DNA of 64,000 bases from Diadema antillarum. Taxonomy: Eukaryota. The notes under the pieces were generated by a model. The model was not told the DNA's origin and did not search any database. It saw nothing but the letters and a program-made list of their open reading frames with translations. Both the position numbers and the translations under genes were made by a program. The stretch covers positions 186,001-250,000 of the forward strand of contig NW_027271071.1 of the NCBI RefSeq assembly GCF_040938485.1, written 5' to 3'. This document shows positions 25,965-36,373 of this stretch, piece after piece (position 1 is the stretch's first letter; every line of letters starts with the position of its first letter).

Positions 25965-28900
25965 TGTGTATGGGTTGATGTAGTGTGTGAGAGAGAGGGA
26001 GAGAGAGTTTCACGGTTGGTTAGTATATGAACGACAAAAATATATTGTCTCTGGCCTTGACGTTCTACTTGACTTGCTATTAAATAAAAAATTGTTTCAT
26101 AATCATATACAATACACGCACTGATCAAGCTGATCTACCCCCGTGTTATGAATTAAAGATTGCCCTGCCAGGTTGCTGGCGTTTATATCATGTTCTATCA
26201 AGTTATATCATGATCTGGATTGTCTGTGTTTTGAACAAGCTAGAAGTAATACTCTGAGCATGTCATTTAGTCAACAGGCTAATGTGATGAAAGGGCATTT
26301 TCAATCGGGAACAGAGTAAGAATGGATTGATGATAATGTGCAATGATCTCTCAGNNNNNNNNNNNNNNNNNNNNNNNNNNNNNNNNNNNNNNNNNNNNNN
26401 NNNNNNNNNNNNNNNNNNNNNNNNNNNNNNNNNNNNNNNNNNNNNNNNNNNNNNNNNNNNNNNNNNNNNNNNNNNNNNNNNNNNNNNNNNNNNNNNNNNN
26501 NNNNCTAATGTACCATTTGCCTTTGTCATTTTTTCATCTGAAATTATTAGTATACGTAAATACCTATGAGAGAGAGAGAGAGAGAATCATATATTATTCC
26601 AACCTATTCAATCATTCATCTGCTTCTGCAGCTTCAGCAGTTCCATTAAAATACTTCTCTTCAAATTGACGTTCCCTTTAAGTTTCAGTGTGAAATAATA
26701 ACCACATTGTGTAATGCCAGTGCCCGTGTTGTTATGGTAACGGGAAGTTTGAGAAAGACAGCTGTTTCCGGCTCTAACGAAGATCTATCTCTCCCGTATC
26801 CAGACTATGGACTGGATACTGATATTACAACAATAATATAATACTAGCATGAAAATATTCACGCTGTTGCAAACGTTACTTAAATATCCTAGTCTAACGT
26901 GCTGTATAAAGAATAGGATTATACTTTTTAAACGGAGTAAAGTTAAATCGAAAGGTAGCAGATTCATCGCAATGATTGGATATGCAATAGCAAAGTGTGG
27001 GAACTCTGAAATTTACCTCTTTTCACAGAACAGTGTGTGTCGCAATCAAGTGGAAATTATGCTGTGATGATCCCATCACCTCACTGCTCTCCCGTTAGTT
27101 AGCACACAGAATTATGTTAAACACTCTCTTCTCGTTAATAATTCAGCAAGGACAATCACTCCCCGTTTTAAAGGGATGATATATAGTGTTGGTTGAGATG
27201 AGAATTGAGCGTTTAACTTTTTGAAAGATACTGAGAAACCACTTAAATATACTATACACATATACAATTCTAAGAGGAATTCAAAACTTATTTGAAGAAA
27301 ATCTCGGTTTTGAATGGTTAATATACCCAAAAACAAAGTAGAACAAATCAATCCTAATAAAAGGTGGGTCCCGCCTGTTATTAGGATAATCTTTGTTTTC
27401 CATATCTCAGCCGTTTCAAAACCAATTAACTTCGAATCCCGCTTAGAATTACATGCTCTCTCATATTTCATAAGAGGTTTCTCATTATCCCACACACACA
27501 TACACGAAGTTGGAAACCTGAAACTCCATCTCAACCAAAACTATATCATCCCTTTATTGTTATTGCTGCGGGTATCTTGAAAACAGCAATAATGCATGCT
27601 ATGCCAAGAGTTTACGACTTCGTTATTCGTTTCATGTCAAAAATAGAAAGAAAAGAGAAAGTGAATTATTGAAAATTTGTTTACAGGCCAGCGACAGAAA
27701 AAGACATCATCACCTATACATAATTTTCATAATGATTGCAACTGGTATCACTTCTTGTTGTTGTTTTTGTTTCCGTCTTCAGATACAAAAAATATACACA
27801 AGCTGCATATACATCATTGCATATACGTTCAGCATGAGGAATTGGGGATTGCCCGTTCAGCCATATCTGCAAAGTACATTGTACGTGTATGACTGTTCTC
27901 CCATATACATGGTCCCGCCACTGATAAATAGGACCTCATAAATTTCTACTTTTATTATCTATTTAGAATAAACTACTCATCATCTTGTTTGGATAGATTA
28001 ATTGTCATTATTTAGTGAATGTCTGTCGACATTCACTGACATTGACCTTGACCCCCCCCCCCCCCCCCCCCGAAAAACGTTTCGCAGCCCCTGCGATTGT
28101 TACCTTATACTAACTACACGTATGCCAAACAAGAAATCCCAAAGGACGTATATTTATTTTTCATACAATCAGCCACGGTCACGGAGGTGAAACTCGTATC
28201 ATTATCTGTGACATGTTGCAGATGTTCTTAAAAGTTGATCCGCATTTTATAGACGCAAACTAATAGTACTGCCTGAAAGCTTTAAAGGGATGGTATAGTT
28301 TTGAGATGGGGATTCAGGTTCTCAACTTTTTTTGTGAGATGAGAAACCTCTCATGAAATGTGAAAGAGGATACAATTCTAAGAGGAATTCAAAATTTATT
28401 TCATGAAACTGGTTTTTGAATGGCTGAGATATTCAAAACAAAGTTATCCTAATGAAAGGTGTGACCCACCTTTGATTGGGATCACTTTACATTACTTTGT
28501 TTTTGGACATCTCAGCCATTTCAAAACCGATTTTCATCAAATACTCAGTAAACTTCGAATTCCTCGTAGAATTGTAGTTGTACTTTCTTTAGCATTTTGT
28601 AAAGAGAATTCAAAGTATCTCGCAAAAAAAAAAAAAAACTTGAATCCTCACCTCAACCAATGCCATGTCATCCCTGAAAGTATTTTAAAATCCAGGCTTC
28701 AAGTAACAATGGCAATGACTACAACCCCTGCCATGACTGCACGAATGACCTTCTGATTAATTTCCTGCCCCTATGCAAGCACTGCAGCAGGGAGGTATTC
28801 CCACCTCCCTGGCTACAGAAGGGTGATTCAGACCCTGTGACGTATCAATGGAGCGGTTGTTGTTGTTTTCCTCTCTCTTTTAATTGTTTGACTTGATGCT

Positions 28901-31900
28901 TTTATACTTTTTTTCGTAAGCAAAGCCACAAAGTATTCAAAGTAAGAGTTTCCTGTAAACCTTCCCAGAGCATATTGTGTCTATCGATACACTCTGAGCA
29001 CCGATTGCTGTATTTTTTCGCGGATTGGGTATTGCACAATTTGTTTGAAAGATTTTGCAATGTACTATTACCTCGTTAACTGTTATCTTGCTTTATGAGA
29101 AATACATTACATTGTATATTGTGAATACGCAAATTTATTTAGCACTTAATTTGAATTTGTTTGTTTGTTGTTGTTTTTTGCCGTTTCTACGCATTCCACT
29201 GTAATTTTTTTAATAAGCTGTTGTCTTTTTTTTTTCAAAGTAATTGGTGTAAGAGTCAACACACGACTGTAACTTGCATTGACGTGTGAGCTCTAAACCA
29301 CCACCACCACCACCACCACCACAACAACAACAACAACAGCAACAACAACAAATGTTCATTAATCCGAGCATAGAGGTACATGCTCCGTGATCTAAGTACA
29401 TGTATACACTATATGCATTATGACGCTGCGTGATATCATTTTTTTTTTCTGTTCTGTTCAATTGGAATTTTATTTCCAATGTCACCTGAATTCATTTAAA
29501 TAAGACAGGTCCTACAATGATAACAAAAAATTATAAAACAATGAACACACTCTTGTAAGCGGAAAAGAAAAAAAAGCAAGTGCATAATCAGGGGGTGTTT
29601 CATCAACATTTGTCAGCGCTGACAATCCCATAGTAACAGTCAGTGACCAGCGCATCTCAGCCAATCAAAACGAAGGATTTTGCTGAAATTGTCAGTGCTA
29701 ACAAACGTTGATGAAACACCCCCTGTTTGAACAAAAGCATTATTTTACAGAGAAAGGGAGGCTCATATTTGTAACGTAGTTACAGTCAAACTTATGGTTG
29801 ATATAACTCTCTAAATTCCTTATAGATTGGAAATCAATTTATGAGATTGTGGTTAGGGACAAATCCAAAATTAGACTTTAAAGATAGATTGACTTCTAAA
29901 TCTAACAGATTGATATTTTCAATCTGAATTTGGATTTGTCCCTCATCTAAATCTAAGGAATTTAGAAAGCTGTAATATATATATACATGTATATGTATAT
30001 AATGTACATACATTGATAGATATTCATGTTTTTAATTCATCCCAGGCACTATCGTCGCTGGATTCTCAGTGTACTGCTGCGGTAATCCAGGACAGTCCGG
30101 AGGGGGGAAGTTCGGCACCATGTGCCTAAACTTCTGGATTGGAATCCTTCAGCTGGTTACTACTCTGATCTTCCTCATCGGTTGGATCTGGGCCATCGGT
30201 TGGGGCGCAGCCTTCATTGCTATGTCATGTAAAGACCGAATTCTGACAAACTACTTTAAATCTCCCCTTTGTGAATGAAACGGAAGGGCTTTCCAAACCT
30301 CATCACTCATACACTTAGATATTGAAATAAATTGGGTAAAGTTCCATTTGCAACCACCCCCCCCCCCTCCTTCCCGCCCCTCAGCAACTACAACAAGAAA
30401 AATCTAAGAAGTAAATGAATGCCATCCTGGTAATAAGTTGTTAATTGAGTCTGCTTGTTGAGGTGAATTCTATTAAAAATGCACCCACTTTAAAGGCTGG
30501 ACATGCTTTACGTTTGTATGTAAGGAGGATATCAGTTGGGCATTGATTCCCGAACAAACTGATCCAACAAACAAAGAGTCATGGGGAAACTAAATAGTCT
30601 TCCAGGACCGATGAGGGGACAATGAACTCGCCGCCCTCTACAAATTTCAAGATTGAAGTTAAAAGTTGGTTTACTTAGATAAAAAAAAGAAACCACCTTT
30701 TCATAACGTGTGTCTCATAGGGCAATTGTTTAGTAGTAAACTGCACACATAGATGTATGGGGGGGGGGGGGGGTACCGTTTTATTGCCGAGTAAAGAAAT
30801 GCCAAGATCCAAATCAACAATAATAATTTATGTAACTTTTTTAACTCTTTAGTCGAATGAATTAGGAAAATGACTATTTAAACCTGACGTTAAAAGACAG
30901 AAGTGTAGGATATTGTTGCTGCTGTATGAATGTTACAAGTATCGTAACTTAATCAAATTGAGAGGTTATGATATTTTGGTCAGTGGGCGGAAGTCGAGCT
31001 AAGTCAAATTTCCGTGTGATGCATGCATCATAAAGTCAACATCGCTTTCATTATTTTGTACGGGTGTTCATTGTTGGCGTTTCTGTGGTCTAACCTTTAG
31101 GGCTGTATAGGAATCTTGGCTGAATACAGTGGAGGCGCCCCTCAGAGGGCTTGAGCTTGAAGAGAGAGTGCCCCCAATACCCCAATTCCATAGATATTTT
31201 TTTCTCATCGGTCACTCGTTGGATGCCAAGTTTGTTGTTTCCGGTCTCCCACAGAAGTACATCGGATCGCAGTCGGATGTATCATGTGGTGGTCGATTAT
31301 CAGGTCAGTGTCAGACATGTCGCGCGTGATCCTCATCGGACGATCTTGCCTCATCGTATCACCGCCCGACGTGTCTGACACTATTGACCTGATAGTCGAC
31401 CAACACAAGTCAGATTCTTCAGACTGCGATCCGACATACCTTGGTGCGTGGCCGGATGCAGAAAAATGCTTCCGACGAGTGACTGATGAGAAAAAAAATA
31501 TGTGTGGAATGGGGGTATAATCATTGTTGAGCATATTATTTCACACAAGTTGAATAACAACTCCACAGGGTCAAACAACAGCTCTAGGAAATGAACCAGT
31601 GACGTATACTTAGTGTTAAACCAGGGAGGTGTAACTAAACCAATAACTAGAGGATCCACAGGGCGCCCATTATGTCAGAGCAAAAGGGATATTTCTGCGT
31701 TAGATGTAGTCCCATTGCCGAAACTTCGAGATCGATGAATCAGAAGCTGAAAGAATCCGCAAAGTTTGCCGGAAAGATGACGAGATTTGAAGTTCCGAAA
31801 CCAAGATGACAAGAACACTATAGAGAGAAAGAGAGTTTAAAACATAGGACGCCACTATATTTTTAGATGAAGTGATAGTGATAAGAATTCCTGATGGCGA

Positions 31901-32622
31901 AAAGGAAAATGACAATGCAGAATCGTCAAGATTGAACTTTGTCGTAAAGATAGTACTATAATAATCATTCATCATTCATAAACGTGTGGTGGGAAAAAAA
32001 GACGAAGAATGTTTAACACGGTATTTTAATCATTGTTTTTATGTTTTCTGCAGCTGACTATCATGATACGAAGAAAACCACCACTGTCATCACCACGCCC
32101 AACCCGCAGTCACAGCCAATGATAGTCGCCCAAGCGGCACAACCCCAGCCGCAGCCCTACAACATGCCTCCACAACAAGGCTACAACATGCCCCCACCAC
32201 AGGGCTACAACATGCCCCCACCACAGGGCTACACCGTGCCCCCACCACAGGGCTACAACGTGCCCCCACCACAGGGCTACACCGTGCCCCCACCACAGGG
32301 CTACAACGTGCCCCCACCACAGGGCTACACCGTGCCCCCACCTCAGGGCCCAGGCATGCCACCACCTCAGGGCTACCAGCAAGCCTCGCCCCTACAGGGC
32401 ACCGCCCCGCCACCTCAAGCTTACGACCCTCAACAACCCGCTGGATTCGAGACAAAGAAGGGTTACCATCAGCCACCACAGCAGGACTCTTACAATGTTC
32501 CACCACAGGCCTACCCGCAACAACCAGCCTACAATCCATGCGATCCTCATGGCCAGCAACCAGCCCCCGTGGAAGCTCCTCCTCCGTACAACCCGGAATA
32601 TCCGCTTCCTGAAAAGTCGTAA
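25413..32622 (+). CDS. Spec3/Stum-like membrane protein, copy 3, with long Pro/Gln/Tyr repeat tail; join(25413..25596,30046..30228,32054..32622), 311 aa
   Basis: 936-nt spliced frame MAQQVQTTTV...[43 protein letters not shown]...CLNFWIGILQLVTTLIFLIGWIWAIGWG...SDYHDTKKTTTVITT...(YxxPPPQG)n...APPPYNPEYPLPEKS*. AATAAA at 33210-33215. Confidence 0.88.
26355..26504. other. Assembly gap (N run) in intron 1 of Spec3/Stum copy 3
   Basis: 150 N. Confidence 1.
27168..27556. mobile_element. TTAA-flanked (Kolobok-type) MITE, AGGGATG family, copy 1
   Basis: AGGGATGATAT...ATATCATCCCT termini, with internal TTCTAAGAGGAATTCA shared with 28282-28675 and 51016-51400. Confidence 0.75.
28282..28675. mobile_element. 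TTAA-flanked (Kolobok-type) MITE, AGGGATG family, copy 2
   Basis: Clear similarity to the 27168 and 51016 copies. The right TSD is degenerate. Confidence 0.75.
29589..29725. mobile_element. Short palindromic MITE (CAGGGGGTGTTTCATCAAC TIR)
   Basis: Near-perfect 19-bp TIR plus inner inverted repeats. No clear TSD. Confidence 0.7.
29809..29975. mobile_element. Fold-back element (TCTAAATTCCTTA...TAAGGAATTTAGA; GGACAAATCCAAA...TTTGGATTTGTCC)
   Basis: Two nested inverted-repeat pairs. Boundaries approximate. Confidence 0.55.
30046..30228 (+). CDS. Spec3/Stum copy 3, exon 2 (183 nt)
   Basis: Acceptor TTCATCCCAG|. Donor T|GTAAAG lies at the position homologous to copies 1 and 2. Confidence 0.88.
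31180..31515. mobile_element. Fold-back MITE (~336 bp) flanked by TA
   Basis: CCCCAATTCC...GGAATGGGGG termini. The arms are complementary over most of the length (TTTCTCATCGGTCACTCG / CGAGTGACTGATGAGAAA). Confidence 0.78.
32054..32622 (+). CDS. Spec3/Stum copy 3, terminal coding exon 3
   Basis: Acceptor TTTTCTGCAG|. (S)DYH start, 24-bp coding tandem repeat, TAA stop. Confidence 0.87.
32158..32373 (+). repeat. Coding minisatellite, 9 x 24 bp, encoding Y(N/T)(M/V)PPPQG
   Basis: Units counted from the sequence and its translation. Confidence 0.95.
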
Positions 32623-33707
32623 ACAACTTTTAACTGTGTCTCTAACGCTGAAATATTCTGTAGCGCATTCGTGTAGTTTTCTGAATATTGTAATAACTTT
32701 ATTGGTGCTTCTTAAGTGTACTATGAGTTCTGTCGATCGCAGACTAGATTTTCTCTTGGCATTATTACGAAGGGTCATTATGTTCTGACACTTACAGAAA
32801 GACATTTTTTTTTTCTGAAATTGCGATCAAGATTCTTTGTGACGTCCTAGACGGGAATGTAGCACTCTTTATATACATGTGGCATGTAAAATTTGTTTTG
32901 TTTTCACAATACTCTTGACTATTTTGACTGTAGAAGAATGACCTTTCACACCAATTTACTTATGCCTTTAGAGACATCTAAAACTAAACTACCGTGTCGG
33001 CAATGATTTGACTGTATAGTGGTAGTCTTTGAATGATTTTTTGACTGTTTTTTTCTCTTTAGAAACAACAAATATAAGAACGCGTGTATGTAAAGCAAAA
33101 TGTATTTCATGATACATGTAATGCCTTCTTGATGAGAAATAGATGATTCTAGTGTGAGGGGTATATATAAAATGTATCTTCCTCCAAAAATGTTAAACGG
33201 TGAAAATTGAATAAAATGCACGATATATTTCGACGTGGCGTAAACTGGCGTTATTTTCTACATGAAAGTTCCCCCGTTCCGTACTATCATAATATGCAAT
33301 GATACCTGTTATACATTGTATACTATTCTTATCTTTGATGACTCTCGAAAAGGATGCAATATACAGCAGTATACGTACCACCAGTAGTGCCACAATAAGA
33401 GGTTATTTATAGTACGCTGTCTTTCTCAAAGCATCAACTTAGCATTGCACCCTTATGAAGATAACATGAAAAAGCTTTTGTGGTTCATTTTGTTTGTTGG
33501 TTTTTAAGTTAACAAATTGTAGCTCTTCGCTCCCCTGTATGACAGCCCAGACGGAAAACATAAGCATACACTCTGGATAGGAAACGTAACACTTATGATG
33601 AGTCAGAGTACACTGTACATACTTATGCTAATCTTTCGCCTGTTCTCGGCACGCTAAGCGTTTTGATACTATTTGACACACTATATTATCATTATTGTTA
33701 TTGTTAC

Positions 33708-33880
33708 CAGTGGCGGATCCAGAGGGGGGCGCAACCGGCGCACGCCCCCCCCCCTTTATTTTTCGTTAAAAACAAAAGAAATAAAAAGAACAAAATGAAA
33801 TGAAACCCGGAAGTGGCACCAGAAATATTAGTCACGCCCCCCCCCCCCCCCCCTTTACAGAATTCCTGGATCCGCCCCTG
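33708..33880. mobile_element. MITE with CAG(T/G)GGCGGATCCAG TIRs and 5-bp TSD (GTTAC), copy B, inverted relative to copy A
   Basis: GTTAC at 33703-33707 and 33881-33885. Internal sequence matches the reverse complement of 14852-15024. Confidence 0.85.
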
Positions 33881-34989
33881 GTTACTACTACTGCTACTAC
33901 TACAATGCACTGCTACTAATAGTTATCATCATCGCTGTACATTGTAGTATCATCATCTGACATCGTCATCATCGTCACTATTATTTTTTCCTTTTAGTAG
34001 GTCCTATCCGGTTACGGTACATAAGGGGACGATCATATATTTGCAAATTGATTTATTCTTCCCACCATCTTTCCTTCCAATGTCATCGTCTCAAGAGGTT
34101 AATGTGACTTTACTACCTGTATGATAAATTTCGAGTGAACATTTTACGATAGACCTGAATAAAATTGTACAGTCTTGATAAAATGATGGTTGTACAAATA
34201 GCGCACATACGTTTTGTTCAAACGAATTGTAAAGTAAGAGTAAACATCTTTATTCCATTGTAGAAAATGTAAAGCATTGTATCACGCGTCTTTTGAAATT
34301 CAAATGTTGCAGTGAGAATATAAATGCAATCTAATTCAACCATCAATCCTGAAATAACGAAAGGAATTACATCATCCTTAATTGATGTAGTTATCAGCGA
34401 GATAAACGTGGCGCTGTGAGTTAATGTAATACCGTTCCCGCGGACTGTTTCTATAATTCTCTGGAATGATACGCGTAATGTATAACGCCGTGGCTCACTG
34501 AAAGTTTCGAAAAGCTTATTTATGTACATCATATGAAATATGTACAATCTTTCGGCGCATGTGTGACACAATATCGGATACGCACTGTCAACCTAAGTTG
34601 TTGAGAATTCCAGAATTATTACGCGTTTAGATGAATGGGTTTTATAGGCCTAGCTATACAAGCTACTTTGTCTACGATGGGATCGTGGCATCATTCAGAA
34701 AGGCTCTGAATACAGATTACAAGTCATATACTATGACATACTTTCTTACTAAATAGATGTTTAAACTGCCATATTTACTCATTTCTTAGTAAGTGTGCTT
34801 GACTATCTTTATGCAAATACTGTAAAGAAAACCATTTTCATTGTTCATCATTTGTACTTTTTTATGATCTCATCTCAATAAATGTACGTTATGCAAAAAC
34901 AGCGATGGATACTGTGTGTTTATTGTCGTCTTCTTTTTCATAATTATTATGACACAATGTGCCTGGTTGATACCGGTTGTTGACTATTG

Positions 34990-35259
34990 CTTGTCATCTG
35001 GAACGAACTGCGAGGGGTTGGCATCATTCGCCCGTTTTCTGCATGATGTGGGTATGTGGGTGGACCACTCTTGGAAATGAATAAATGAAGTAGGATCTTT
35101 TATTTGCATGAATGAGTCATGACTCTCTCTCACACAGGACCCCCAGATAATGTCCCATCCTCGAGACAGAGTGTCATTCCTCTTATTAAAGAGACACAAT
35201 GGGATTCGAATCTGTGCCATTTGATTACAGGGCAGACGCGCTACCGACTGAGCCTCGTC
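34990..35259 (-). mobile_element. tRNA-derived SINE (diverged)
   Basis: The minus strand reads GGCTCAGTCGGTAGCG (Pol III A box)...GATTCGAATCCC (B box), followed by a non-tRNA body. 3' end approximate. Confidence 0.6.
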
Positions 35260-35370
35260 ACAGCTCTGATTGCCTTGTTGATCTTCGTCGTCTCTGTCGT
35301 CAACAAACAAACAAACAAACAAACAAAACACATCACGGAATAAGTCCCTTTTGCTCTCTTGACATCTGAT

Positions 35371-36373
35371 CCCAGCTAACACAAGGACGTTTTCTGAACG
35401 TTCTTGAAACGTTCCAAGTTCGTTATTTGGACTTTCGTAAAAACGTTTTCAGAACGTCTTTTTGTGGAAGGTTTTCGACGTTTTTAAAAGGTTTCAAATG
35501 GACGTTATAAAAACGTTGTTTAAACGTTTAGAAAACCAATAAAAATCTTTCGGAATTTTTAAGGACCTGCAGAAAACCTTTCGAACGTTATAGACGTCAG
35601 TAAAACCTTTTAAGAATATTCAAAACGTTCTGTGGACGTTCTGTGGACGTTCTGCGGACGTCCAGAAAACCTTTGAAAACCGTCTAGAATGTTCAAAAAA
35701 CGTTTTAAGAACGTCTAAAAAGTCTTATGACCCGTTTCAGAACGTTTAGAGAACCTTTCATATCCGTCTAGAACGTCCAGAAAACCTTTTAAGAATGTCT
35801 AATGTTTATTTTTTATAGGGTAGTTGAAAAAAATTATAGTTATGAGATTATGTAGACACAATCTGAGATTAATGTATCCTAATCCTATAATCATAATCCT
35901 ATCCTAACCTGTTCCTAATGTCCTACCACCATTAATACTACACTCTATTCGTATTGATGAATCTGTATCACTTTCTTTTATATCACCAACATGTATTGCA
36001 TGAAGACATGGTTATGTACTAAAATTAGATCACACACACACACACACACCTTAATTTGAATATTCATAATTATGCATGAATATTCATGAAAAGAAACCAA
36101 TGACGAACACGCAGCGGACCAAATACAAACGCTTTGTAGACGTTTATAAATGACGAAGACGTTGCAGACATAATAAAAACGTTTTGTAACGTCCATTGAC
36201 GTTTTTAAAACGTTTTCCAAAAAACCTGTGCTTTGCGGTAAATGCTAAGTCCCCACTTTGACGTTGTATGTACGTTTTAAAAACGTCCATTTTATACGAA
36301 GACGTACGGAACCTCAAAAAAACGTTTAGGAAACGTTCTGAAAACGTTCTGAAAACGTTCTGTGTTTGCTGGG
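35371..36373. mobile_element. Non-autonomous DNA transposon, ~1 kb, CCC termini and 2-bp AT TSD (EnSpm/CACTA-like)
   Basis: CCCAGCTAACACA...TGTGTTTGCTGGG TIRs, AT on both sides, dense AAACGTT/GACGT subterminal repeats. Confidence 0.75.

Noticed and set aside
32090-32805. Minus-strand ORFs of 178, 90 and 137 aa
   Set aside because: They are antisense shadows of the stop-free 24-bp coding repeat.
35200-35259. tRNA gene (A and B boxes on the minus strand)
   Set aside because: No complete cloverleaf or acceptor stem, and the sequence continues into a SINE-like body.
35371-36373. Short-repeat array superficially like a CRISPR array
   Set aside because: The repeats are irregular 7-10-mers without unique spacers, lie inside TIR/TSD boundaries, and the context is eukaryotic.
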